A stretch of DNA of 43,540 nucleotides, taken from positions 1 to 43,540 of the forward strand of contig DIYD01000100.1 in assembly GCA_002428905.1 (NCBI GenBank), in the 5' to 3' direction. A program made the translations under genes and the position numbers. The stretch is from Bacteroidetes bacterium UBA6063. Its GTDB lineage: Bacteria > Bacteroidota > Bacteroidia > NS11-12g > UBA9320. Below the pieces are notes generated by a model that had not been told where the DNA came from, searched no databases, and was given only the letters and a program-made list of their open reading frames with translations. This document shows, piece after piece, positions 1-11,900 of this stretch. Every line of letters begins with the position of its first letter. Position 1 is the first letter of the stretch.

Positions 1-79
1 CCTCCGAAATCTTAAACGTATTGTAAAACAGCGTCTCCACTTCATTCGCCATGGACAATTCCAACCGGTTATACTTCAT
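1..79 (-). CDS. 5' end of an unidentified CDS running off the left edge (partial)
   Basis: ATG at 79..77 (minus) opens the frame MKYNRLELSMANEVETLFYNTFKISE, which stays open to position 1. Only 26 codons are visible and no family is recognisable. Confidence 0.3.
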   Translation of the reverse strand, partial: MKYNRLELSMANEVETLFYNTFKISE

Positions 80-297
80 GCCTGCTAATTTAAGCCAGAT
101 TACTTATGAATTTCTGCAATTCAAAAATCCGATCTACCCGCTCGTACTGACCCATAAGTATATTAAGTAGAGATGATCAACTCTAATATTAGACTCCATT
201 GCAATCTGAAATTAATGGGTACCTCTAAGACATCTCAATAATCATTTGATTAAAATTATTTGGCTTAATTTGTGTATATCTCAATGGAAAACAGCAT

Positions 298-774
298 ATG
301 AAAAGCATAAAATCACTTCTTTGGATTACGAGTATAAGCCTTGTGCTATTTGGGTTTAAGTCAGACACCAAGCGTGTTCAATCCAAACCAAACGATATAC
401 TCGGAACATATATGACGTTAGAAAAGGACGCCAAAGTGCGCATTTTTCTAGCCAAAAACGGCAAGTATTCTGGTAAAACCGTATGGCTGCGGGATCCGAA
501 CAACGAAGATGGTACAACCAAAAAGGACATTAACAATCCGAACGAAAAACTTCGCGATCGCGAACGCTTGGGAATGGTTTTTCTGAAGTACTTTGAGTAC
601 GACGCAGAAGACGACCGATGGGAAGGTGGTACGGTATATGACCCACGAAGCGGTAAGACCTATAACGGATACCTCAAATTCGAAGATGGAAACACCAACA
701 AACTCTTGCTTAGGGGTTATATTGGAGGTATGACCTGGTTGGGTAAGACGTCTGAGTGGACCCGAGTTAAGTAG
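298..774 (+). CDS. DUF2147-family secreted protein
   Basis: N-terminal signal peptide. The body (GTYMT..AKVRIF..GKYSGKTVWL..DxNNP..LRDRxxxGM..YDPRSGKTYNGYLKF) matches my recollection of the DUF2147 pattern. Confidence 0.7.
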   Translation: MKSIKSLLWITSISLVLFGFKSDTKRVQSKPNDILGTYMTLEKDAKVRIFLAKNGKYSGKTVWLRDPNNEDGTTKKDINNPNEKLRDRERLGMVFLKYFEYDAEDDRWEGGTVYDPRSGKTYNGYLKFEDGNTNKLLLRGYIGGMTWLGKTSEWTRVK

Positions 775-775
775 G

Positions 776-1366
776 TTACTTAATCAAGCTGACAATTTCT
801 TCGCTCTCTGGTTTCACTTTGGAACCAAAGTAGGCCAATAATTTTCCTTCAGGCGATACCAGGAATTTGTTAAAGTTCCAACTCACCGTATAGTCATCCA
901 ACTCATTGAACTCTTTTTTGGTTAACCATTCGTATACCGGATGCTGGTTCTTTCCTTTTACATCCAGTTTTTGACTAAGCGGAAAGGTAACACCAAAATT
1001 CACCTTGCAGAAACTTGCGATTTCGGAGCTGTCTCCGGGTTCTTGTAATCCAAACTGATTGCAGGGGAGGCCTATGATCACCAATTTGTCCTTTTGAGCC
1101 TCATAGAGCGCCTCTAAGCCTTCATATTGATACGTGAAGCCACATTGGCTAGCAACGTTAACAAAAAGCATGTATTTGCCCTTAAACTGGCTCAAATCCA
1201 AATCATCCTGTTCGTTCAGTGTCTTTAGTTTAACATCATAGATACTCATACCTTCTGTGGGCTTATCTTCTGCCTGTATTTGTTTTCCTGTACTTCCGCA
1301 ACCCAATGCAACTACACTGGTTGCGATTGCTCCAAAAATCTTTTGTGCTAAGTTCATATTCTTCAT
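776..1366 (-). CDS. glutathione peroxidase (Cys-type), probably a lipoprotein
   Basis: Motifs FVNVASQCGFT, GLPCNQFGLQEPG and WNFNKFLV. A signal peptide ends in a lipobox-like LGCGS. I prefer the ATG at 1366 over the track start at 1384, because 1367..1393 is a terminator hairpin. Confidence 0.85.
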   Translation of the reverse strand: MKNMNLAQKIFGAIATSVVALGCGSTGKQIQAEDKPTEGMSIYDVKLKTLNEQDDLDLSQFKGKYMLFVNVASQCGFTYQYEGLEALYEAQKDKLVIIGLPCNQFGLQEPGDSSEIASFCKVNFGVTFPLSQKLDVKGKNQHPVYEWLTKKEFNELDDYTVSWNFNKFLVSPEGKLLAYFGSKVKPESEEIVSLIK

Positions 1367-1393
1367 AACAAAAAAGGGAGCCAAATGGCTCCC
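1367..1393 (-). terminator. rho-independent terminator after the adhesin/PorP-OmpA pair
   Basis: The minus strand reads GGGAGCC-ATTT-GGCTCCC followed by TTTTTT, 28 nt downstream of the stop at 1421. Confidence 0.6.
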
Positions 1394-1395
1394 TT

Positions 1396-1403
1396 CAAAT
1401 ATA
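1396..1403 (-). promoter_or_regulatory. candidate Bacteroidota -7 box (TATATTTG) for the peroxidase gene
   Basis: Exact TAnnTTTG on the minus strand, 30 nt upstream of the ATG at 1366. Confidence 0.35.
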
Positions 1404-1420
1404 CTTTTTTAGAAATTTTT

Positions 1421-2899
1421 TTACTCAGCAAGAATCTTGAACTCAACTCTTCTGTTTTCGTCAAGGCTTGGTAGGTTATTCACCTCTCCGTAACCTTTAA
1501 CTTCAAGTTGAGAAGCGCTAACACCATTCTTGATTAGGTAATCGCGAACAGCATTTGCACGCTTGTTAGACAACCACTGGTTGTAAGAAGCAGAACCTCT
1601 TTGGTCAGCGTGACCTGCTACCTCAATACGAAGTCCTGGGTTTTCTTTCAATACCTGTACTAAGTTATCCAATTCAGTACGTGCTTCCGTACGGATGTTC
1701 CACTTGTTGGTTTCGAAGTATACATTCTGGAATGTATAAACGTCACCTATACCTTTTGGCTTCTCCTTACCATCACGGAAATCTTTGATGAACTGCTCGA
1801 AAGACTTGATCTTCGCTTTGATACCATCGATTTCGTCATCGTTATCTTCGATATCATCAGAATTCTGATCGATGTCTTTTCTGTTCTTCTTGATTTCATT
1901 ACCCAACGAGTCTATGTCGCTATCGTTATCATCGATTTGCTTCTGGATGTCGTTGAATTTCTCTTTGATCTTTGGATCGTCTGCTGCGCTACCACCAAAC
2001 TGGTAACCCAACATTACTTCGTGAGCACCTCTTGTGTACTGGCTAACGTTGTGGATTGCGAAATCGTAAGCGTAACCTGCAACAAACTGCTCAGCTAAAC
2101 GAATACCTGCAGCAGCAGTTACCGCATAGGCACTTCTGTACATTGCTCCACCCCAGTACTTGTTCTGGTAGTTTAACATTGCACTGATATCGTATTGAAC
2201 AGGAGCGTTAGGCGTAACACGAACTAAGGCATTTGGCTCTAAGAACCAGTTGCCATCGTTCTTAAGATCCCACTTGTAACCTGTATTCACGATGAAGTGA
2301 CGAGCAAGTCCGTATCGTACATCCTTATCCGTAACGGCGTTCCGAATAGCTGTGTAAGCTAATTCGTTACCGATAATCTGAGGTACTGATACACCAATCT
2401 TAAAGTTATTGATCTCGTAGTTTACACCGAAATTAGCGTCGAACCCTGTTGCACCCTGATACGCATCTATGATGCTCGGATCCAATGGATTCTTAACTGT
2501 CATATCATTAAGATCGATTCTATTGTTGATTACACCAAGTGCTAATCCAAAGGACAGTTTAGATGCATTCTTCAGGTTTAGGCTGTAACGATATGCAGCC
2601 GAACCTCCTGTAATGTTAAACTGACCAGCAACGTCTCTATATACGCTGATACCCACTCCAGTGTTACGGCCTCTAAGTGGACCGTCTAACGTTAGAGCTT
2701 GCGTACGTGGCGCGTCTGGAATGGAAAACCATTGGTTTCTGTTTACCAGGTACAATTGACCATAGTCTTGTGAACCTGCTAAAGCGGGATTGTACAAGAA
2801 TTGGTTGTAATAGTAGTGGCTAAACATTGGCACCTGCTGTGCGAATGCCTGAGTTAAGCCTAGTACTACGAACGCTGTTAAAACTAATACTTTTTTCAT
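1421..2899 (-). CDS. PorP/SprF-family T9SS outer-membrane protein fused to a C-terminal OmpA-like peptidoglycan-binding domain
   Basis: Signal peptide MKKVLVLTAFVVLGLTQAFAQQ, then the PorP/SprF hallmark N-terminus (PMFSHYYYNQFLYNPALAG). The barrel-like body runs to about aa 310. An acidic spacer covers aa 313-392. The OmpA_C motifs are FETNKWNIR, RIEVAGHADQRGSASYNQWLSNKRANAV and NRRVEF. The ATG at 2899 is preferred over the track start at 2926. Confidence 0.85.
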   Translation of the reverse strand: MKKVLVLTAFVVLGLTQAFAQQVPMFSHYYYNQFLYNPALAGSQDYGQLYLVNRNQWFSIPDAPRTQALTLDGPLRGRNTGVGISVYRDVAGQFNITGGSAAYRYSLNLKNASKLSFGLALGVINNRIDLNDMTVKNPLDPSIIDAYQGATGFDANFGVNYEINNFKIGVSVPQIIGNELAYTAIRNAVTDKDVRYGLARHFIVNTGYKWDLKNDGNWFLEPNALVRVTPNAPVQYDISAMLNYQNKYWGGAMYRSAYAVTAAAGIRLAEQFVAGYAYDFAIHNVSQYTRGAHEVMLGYQFGGSAADDPKIKEKFNDIQKQIDDNDSDIDSLGNEIKKNRKDIDQNSDDIEDNDDEIDGIKAKIKSFEQFIKDFRDGKEKPKGIGDVYTFQNVYFETNKWNIRTEARTELDNLVQVLKENPGLRIEVAGHADQRGSASYNQWLSNKRANAVRDYLIKNGVSASQLEVKGYGEVNNLPSLDENRRVEFKILAE

Positions 2900-2930
2900 T
2901 TTTCTAATTTTAAGGATTCTTGTCAATTAA

Positions 2931-5900
2931 TTATTTAGTCTCCCGTATTACGTTGATTACTCCTTTGTACACAGTATCTGGGAAGTCAGGATGTGTAACT
3001 ACATAGTAGTAAGGACCGTCAGGTAAGTCGTTTCCGTTGAACGTCGCATCCCAATCGTTTGCGTAAGCTGTTCCGTTGAATACTTCCATACCGTATCGGT
3101 TGAAGATGATAACTTCAGCTTCTGGGTATGCCCAGATGTTATCAATCCACCATGTGTCGTTCACTCCGTCACCGTTTGCAGTAACTGTATTGTACACTAC
3201 TAAGTTAAACGCATCTCTTACGATTACTGTTACTGTAGTAGAGTTCTCACATTCTACACCGTCATCGTGACGCTCAGTCACTGTTACTGTGTATGTAATG
3301 TCGTCGTCTACACGCTCAGCAATTACATCAGCCATATCGTCAGTGTTCAGGTACGCATTTGGAGTCCACAAGTAACCATCATAACCTGCAGTTGCGTGAA
3401 CCTCAATGCTACCACCTTTATCAACTGTGTCGATTTGCTTAGTGATGTCGTCTCTCAACCATGCGTCAACCACTGGTAATGCATGAACTGTGATGAAGAT
3501 TGAGTCTTCGTTCGCACAACCAATTGGTGGAGCAGTGATTCGTACTTTGTACCATCCAGTAGTTTTAGCAGTTACAGAACCAGCTGTAGATGTACCACCA
3601 TCCCAAGTCCAGTCGTAAGATCTTGCGTTAGCGTTTGCACTTAGTACTACGCTATCGCCTTCACAGAACTCTGTAGGACCTTGAGCTGTAAGATCAACAT
3701 CTGGAAGAGCGATTACACTAGCAACCTTAGTTACTGCATTCTCACAACCTCTGTCTGTCTTAACTCTCAATGTTACATTGTAGTCACCTGCTGCATCATA
3801 TGTATGGCTTGGGTTTTCTAAGCCGCTGAAGTTCGCGTCTCCGAAGTCCCAGAAGTACTCAATGATATTATCAGTTCCAGGAACTGTAGATGCATTTACA
3901 AATACACTTGCGTCTCCGATACAAACGTCAGCTACAGTGAAGTCAGCAGTTGGAGCTGGGTAAACTGTAACGTCTCTGAAGATCGTGTCTTTACATCCAT
4001 TGTCGCTTGTAGCGATTAGACGGATGCTGAATGTACCGAATCCTGTGAATGTGAATTCTGGATCTTTATCGGTTGAAGTACCCTGACCAGCGAAATCCCA
4101 TTCGTATGTCATTGTACCGTATCCGATAGCTGAAGCATTTACAAACTTCATTGGAGCGTCCTCACAAACTGGAGTTGCTACGAAGTTCGCTTCAGGTAAG
4201 ATGTATACCGTGATTTCTTTCGATACAGTATTTGAACATCCGTTATCCGTTACAACTGTCAATGTTACATCGTAGTTACCTGATGCAGCGTAATCGTGTG
4301 TTGGATTCTGAGCAGTTGACGTTGTACCGTCACCGAATGTCCAGAACCAAGATACAATGCTACCAGATGCTACAGACGAAGCGTCAGTTGCAGAGAATGT
4401 TTCATTCTTACAAACGTTAGCGAATGTGAAGTCAGCAGTTGGGTTTGGATGAACTGTAATCGTTTGAGTTACCTCACCACGACAACCGTTATCGCTCCAA
4501 GCTACTAATGTTACATTGTACGTACCCGCAGTTGCATATACATGCGATGGGCTACCGTTAACGCTTGAGTCACCATCACCGAAGTACCACTTATAGCTAG
4601 AGATAGTTCCTTCAGGGATGCTAGATGTATTGTTGAATACTACAGTGCTGTCTTCACAACTGTTGTCAGCAGTGAACGATGCAACCGGGTTAGGAGTAAC
4701 TCGTGCTGAAGCTGTGCTGTTCAAGTCGTTGTTCACACAACCGTGTGTAGTATTTGTAATGCTCACTAATTCAACAGTAATCAATGTTGGGTTACCTGTG
4801 TAAGCAGATCCAGTCACAGTGAAGTTGAAGTCACCAGAACCGGTTCCTGTTACAGGAGTTGGAACAGTTACACCATTTCTAGTGTAAACTACAGACCAAC
4901 CGTCAGTTGCTGCTACATCCGTAACGTGTAGTGTGAATGTTGCAACATCACCAGGACAAACCATAGCGTTGCTTGTTACAGTTGCTTGTGGAGTTGGGAT
5001 AACTGTTACAGTTGCTACCGTAGAGTAAGCTCCTGTACAAGTACCACTCTTCACAAATACTCTGTATTGCGTAGTCTCATTGATATTGTTAATTGTTACC
5101 GTGTTGGTATTGTTAGACAATACAGTCCATGTAGCACCGTTGTCTGTACTTGCTTCCCAGTTCTGGATAGCACCAGTCTCACCCGACAATGTTAATGTAG
5201 CAGAACCACCTTTACAGATTGTCGTAGTTGAAGGAGCAAGTGTACCACCTACTGTAGTTGGGCTAACCTTAACTTCAGCAGAATCGTTCAGGTCTGTATC
5301 ACAACCTAGAGCATTATCTAGAGCGATTTCAGTCAATTGAACTTTAACGCTGTTCGCAGCTACTGTTCTACCTGTATTAACCGTGAACGTACCAGAACCA
5401 GAACCTCTCTTCGTAGGACCAGCTGTTCCGTCGATCTCGTAATCAAGCTCCCAATCTGTACCTGTTTCAACGTCGTCTACACTTACAGTGAATACGAAGA
5501 TGTCACCAGCACATAGAGAGTCAGGTACAGTTGTGATTGTAGCTGTTGGGTTTGGAGTTACTGTCACTTTAGCCGTTTCGCTAATAGTGTTAGAACATCC
5601 AAGACCGTTTGTCTCAGTAATACCTGTGATGATAATTGTAGTGTTCGTAGTGTAAGGACCGAATGTAATTGTCTCATTCGTACCTGTACCTACGCTATAC
5701 GTATTTGGTGTTCCATTTTCCGTATAGTCAATAGACCATGTAGAAGTTGAACTTACGTTTCCAATTGATAAGCTTAGTGATACAGACTCACCAGAACAAA
5801 TGTCAAGTGTTGGGTTGTTGATTGTAACGGTTGGAAGCTCCTGGATGTCAACAGTCTTCACTGCTGAGAACTCAGCATCACAAACGCCATTCATTACCTC

Positions 5901-8900
5901 AACTCTGTACCATGTCTTCACAGTTAAGTTCGTGAAGTTCAATGTATCTGCAGTGTTTGCGATATCATAGTAGTTGATACCATCTGTAGATGCTTGCCAT
6001 TTCACGATGCTTCCTCTGTGACCACTTAATGTTAATTTACCGTCGCCACCTTTACATACTGTAGCAACACCTGAGATCGCACCACCCAATGTAGTAGAAT
6101 CAACATTGATTGTGATCGAGTCACTCAAGATACCAGTACAGTTCGGGTTAGAAGATGTATTCGTGATCGAGATCAAGCTTACACCGTTGTCACCTTCTGT
6201 ATTGAATTGTGGCATGTTAGCCAGGTTGAACTGACCAGAACCAACACCTGTAGATGTAATGTTCGAACCACCGTTCACCTGGTAAATAACCGTCCAGGCC
6301 TCAGTGCTTAATACGTTATCAACCAAGATCGTAACTGTTGGAGTTTCTCCTTTACAGATATCTGTTGGGAACGCAGTAATTGTAGCCTTAGGATTGTCAA
6401 TTACATTGATTGTAGTTGTGTAGTTGTTTGTGAAGTTGTTGTTCGAACACTGTGGAGAACCACTTGTAATCTTCATTGACTGAAGTGTGATGCTCGTTGT
6501 TGCTGACAACGTACCAGTCCAGATTGTATCTGCACCAGAACCAGTACCCATTAGAGTCTTCACTGAAGAACCTTGTAGGTAAGTTAACTCCCAGTCCATA
6601 CCTGCACCTACATTAGTAATGTTAAGTGCAACGAATGTGCTAGAACCTTCACAAATATTTGGAGCACCAACGGTAACGATAGAAGCAAGCGGTAATTCGT
6701 TTACAGTAATCGTTGCAGTTGATGAGTATTTCTCGCTACAAGCTCCACTCTTAACAGCAACTCTAAATAATGTAGTTCCTGATAAGTTCATGTAGCTGTA
6801 TGTAGATGCCGTGTTATTGATAGTAGTCCAGGTAGTACCGTTATCTGTACTATACTCCCAACGTACTACATCTCCTACTGCATCAGCACCTAGAGTTAAT
6901 GTACCTGAATTTGCATCCTTACAAACTGTGTCAGATCCCGCTAGAGTACCTCCAACTGTTTCTGGAGAAACAATTACGAAGTCCTGATCTGTTGGAGAAC
7001 CTTCACAACCAGTAGTGTTGTTAACGATCTTAGTCAATCGTACTACAGATGGGTTAACAGTAAGTGATGCAGTTGCAAAGTTGAAGCTTCCAGCGCCAGT
7101 ACCTGATACTGAATCAGCTGGGCCTCCGTTGATAGACCAGTAAACTGTCCAAGCTTCGCTCGTTCTAACGTCTGTAACGTTAACCTTACCAGCGGCAGTG
7201 CTACCAGTACATACAGAGTCCGTTAATGAGATCAACGTAGCGTTAGGCTCATCATCAACTTCAACTGTAGCAGTTGCGTTGTTATTCAAGTTATCATTCT
7301 GACATTGAGGAGTACCTGAAGTCATCCAAACTTTCTTCAATGTCACATCTGTATTCGTCTTAATAGAACCTGTAGTAATTGTACCCGTAGTTAATGGACC
7401 GCTTACGCTAATCGTATCAAGTACAGTACCTACCAGGTAAGATACAGACCAATCTTCACCTTGTGTATTCGTAACGCTTACCGTTAAGTTCGCTGAAGTA
7501 CCTGCACAGATTGTATCTGAACCAGAGATAACCGCAGTTGGTAAGTCGTTCACCGTTACAGTAATAGGTGTTGTAGATGCCTCAGAACATACACCGTTCT
7601 TCTTAACTACTCTGAACAAGCTCGTGTTCGTCAAGTTCGTGTATGTGTAAGAGCTATTTGTATTAGAGATAGTCGCCCAGCTTGTACCACCGTCGATAGA
7701 AGTTTCCCATCGTACGATGCTACCGTTACCACCAGTGTGTGTTACTGTACCCACGTGAGCAGCGTAACATACTGTGGTATCTGAAGCAACTGAACCTGGA
7801 GTAGTCGTAGCATCAACTACGATATCCATTGTAGAACTCAATGAAGAGTCACAACCTGTAGTGTTGTTTACAATGCTGATCAGGTTAACATTATACGTCT
7901 TAGCATCTACCAGGCTTGGAGTAGCAAGAGTAAATGTACCAGGACCTTTACCTGTAGTTGTTACCGCAGCTGTTGCGTCATCTACTTCATAAGTCAATGT
8001 CCAGTCATCACCGCTTCTTACATTAGAAACCGTGAATGAGAACGAAGAAGTAAATGTCTGACAGATTGGAGATACAACGCTGTTCAAGCTAGCATATGGA
8101 CGCTCGTTGATGTTAACTCGTGCCTGAGCATTGTTCGTTAACATATCGTTGATACATTGTGGTGTACCAGATACTGTAGCTAACTCACGCAAGATTACGT
8201 CTGAGTTCGTGATGAAGTTACCTACACGTAATGTGTGTGTTCCTGCACCAGTACCTGTTAACTGTCCGAACAACGTGCCTGCTAAGTAATCCAGCTCCCA
8301 ATCCTGAGAAGTACCTACGTTACTGATTGTTACAGTTAAGTCAACCGAATCACCAGCACAGATTGCAGTAGAACCAGAGATTGTAGCCAATGGTAATTCT
8401 TCAACCTGGATACGAACTACGTTAGAGTGCGCTGTATCACAAACACCTGATTTGTATACCGCTCGGTAATCCGTAGTTTCTAATAGGTTCTGGATGTTTA
8501 ATGTAGTGTTGTTATTGTTAAGAGCAGTCCAGTTAGACGAGCTAATTGGTTTGTACTCCCAACTTACAGTTACACCTTGTTTTGGTGTACCAGTTACCTC
8601 AGCAATTGAAGTGCTACCACCTTTACAGATTGTATCAGTAGAAGCTTCGATATCACCTGGCTCAGTAGGCTTGTAGATATAAATATCCCAATCATCAGTA
8701 TTAACCGACTTACACGTACCTACGTTTGACAAGTTCAAGATTTCAATCAATTGAATCTTAGCTGATTCTGCAGTGTTTGGATCTGTATCAACCCATGTTA
8801 CACTACCAGGACCAGTTCCAGTAATTGTGTCTTCGTCATTCTCTAATTCGTATCTCAATGACCAGTTATCGGTAGATAATACGTTCGTTACAGTTACTGT

Positions 8901-11900
8901 AAACACGATGTTATCCATCTGACACAATGTGTCAGGACCGGCGGTGATTGAAGCGAATGGAAGGTCAAGTACGGTTACAGTACCGTTGCTGCTCAATGTG
9001 TTCTCACACGCAGGAACGCTAGCAGAACCAGTGCTTGTTACTTCGATCTTAGTTAACTGAACTAAAGTGTTCGCTGTTAACGCGCTCGTAGAGAATGTGT
9101 GTACTCCTGTTGCATTCTGAGTGAATGACGCCATGAAGTTCACAGAACCTTCACTGTAGTATAGATCAAAGTTAGATCCGTTATCAACATTGGTTACCGT
9201 GATCTCAATAATTGAAGTATCACCAGCACAGATGCTGTCGTCTACCACAGTAGAGATGACCGCTTCTGGAAGAGCCTTCGGAGTTGCAGTTACCGTATCA
9301 GAGAATGCTGTTGCACAAGTACCTGATTGGTAAACCGCTCTGTATTCTGTTGTATCCGTTAAGTTGAAGAAGAACTGGGTAGTATTCGTTGAGTTGATAT
9401 CAACCCAGGTAGACGTACCGTTTCTTCTAGACTGCCACTTAATGATGTTACCTGTACCAGCAGTGAATTCTTTAACGAATCCGCTACCACCCATACACAC
9501 GATAGTGTCAGATGAAATAGCTGCCGTACCAATTACACCAGGAACAGTAGTTGGATCAACTGTAATCGTTACAGACTCAGTCAAGGTTGTGTTACACGCA
9601 TCCTGAGTACTGTTGTTTGTAATATTTGTTAGAGCAAGTACATCTGATGGATCAGTTACTGTACCCGTAGTAGTGAAGCTGAAGGTACCTGTTCCAGTTC
9701 CTGTGAAAGTTTCACTGTTACCATCTAATGTTACAGTTAATGTCCAAGCGTCAGTTGATCCCATGTTACCAACAGTAACTGAGAAGTCAACTGTCTCACC
9801 ATGACAAAGAACGTTATCGTAGCTCGCAATAGTAGCTGTTGGATTCTCTTGAACCGTTACAGTAACTGTAGAGTTCAATGCAGTGTTCTCACAAAGTGTA
9901 CCGCTGGTAGTTTCAATCTTCGATAACGTAATATCCGTTGTAGAATTGATAGTACCTGTAGTGAAGCTATGTGTATTCGTAGCATTGTTCGTGAATGTCT
10001 GAGACTTGTTCACCGAACCTTCTACGTAGTACACTGTGAATGTTTGACCGTTGTCAATGTTCGATACTGTAAGGTTAATTGTTGCAGTAGAACCTTCACA
10101 AATTGTGTCGCTTCCAGCAGCAAGTGCAATTGTACCTTCAGGAAGTTCCTTCACAGTGATCGTAACAACATTAGACTCAGCTGTATCACATGGGCTGTTT
10201 TGGTAAACTGCCTTGAATTCAGTGTTGGTCTGAATGTTAACATATGCTTGAGAAGTGGTTGTGTTACCAATGCTCGTCCAAGAGCTCCAAGAAGAAGTTC
10301 CTGAATTCCATGTTCTTGTCAACCATTCCGTTATTACTGAACCGTTTGTACTCGCTGTAGTTTCTGTTACGAAACCAGATGCACCTTTACATACACTGAT
10401 TGAAGTACCAAGTACACCAGCTACAGTCGCTGACTTCGCTTCATATGTACCAGATACACCTGTAAGTGTATTTGTACAGTTAGCAGCTGCCGCGGACTGA
10501 GTAGTTGTGTTCTCGATGCTTGTTAATACAACAGTTTGTGTAGCGTTACCACCTGATACCGTGTGAGGAATCAAAATGGAGAATGTTCCTGAACCAGTAC
10601 CTGTTGCAGTTTTAGCAACACTGTTGATTGTGTAATTAAGCTCCCAGTTTTCAGTAGCTTTAATATCACTTACAGTAATGTTCATTGTTACACTGTCACC
10701 ATCACATACTTCAGAAGTTAAACTGTTAAGCGTAACTGTTGGTAGATCGATTACAGTGATCTGAGCAATACCAGTGTTGTCTAAGTTCTTCGTACACGTA
10801 AATGTACCTGAAGAAATTACAAGTTTAACAAGTGTTACATCAAATGAAGCTAACATAGAACCTGCAGAAGTAGTGAATCCAGCGCTAGCCACATCACCTG
10901 TACCGTTCACTGTGTGCGTAGTACCTGCTTCTAAGATGGTCAATGTCCATGCATTACCGTTTGTTCCACTCACCGAGTAATTCAATGTAGTCGTTGTTGT
11001 AGGAGAAGCACAGAACTTCAAGTTCGATGGTAAACCAACCCAAGCAGCAGATGGGTTCGTAGAAAGAACTGTTACAGTAACAGCTGCTGAGAATGCCTGA
11101 CCAGTACATGGTGCGTTCTCAATAACCGCTCTGAACATTGTAGTTTGAGTTAAGCCGATGAACTCAATTGAGTCAGCACCTGAACCCGCAATATCCGTCC
11201 ATGTTGTAGCAGCAGGAGTTTTCTTCTGCCATTTTACTACATAACCGTCAGCAGCAGTTCCATCCCAACGTACAAATCCGCTAGACTGGTAACATAGTGT
11301 ATCGTTTGCAGTAGAAGCAGTACTTCCAACTGGGTTCGATTTAACTTTAACTGTTAAGCTGTCATTTAATGTAGTATCACATGAAGTATTTGTATTGTTA
11401 ATGCTGGTTAACTTAACTGTCCAGTTACCTGCTGGGAATCCAGAACCACCATTTGTCAATGTTTCTGTAATTGTTGCAGATGAACCAGTTCCCGTCCATG
11501 TACCAGTGTTTGTAGTAGTTCCGTTTGATACAGAGTAATCCACTTCGTATCCGTGTGTATTAGGTACACCTGACACCTCGAATACCACTGTAATGTTTGA
11601 GTTCTCACAAATGCTGTCATCAACACTTACAAGTGTAGCAGCTGGTTGTGGATGAACAAATAGGATAACCTCGTTAGAAGTATCTGCAGGACAAGCACCG
11701 CTCTTAACAACTACTTGATAGCGTGTTGTTAAGTGTGGGCTAACTACTGTATGTGTATCTGTTGTGTTTCCAATGTCATACCATGTGAAACCGTCGTTGT
11801 CACTTGAATCCCAGTTCTGAACAGCACCAGTGTAACCTGATAATGTGAACGTGTAAGGTCCTGGATCTCCGTCACAAATTGTGTAGTTAGGAGTTAAAGT

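Noticed and set aside
776-1366. Possible selenocysteine (in-frame TGA) in the glutathione peroxidase.
   Set aside because: The active-site position is an ordinary Cys codon (ASQCG), and the ORF has no internal TGA.
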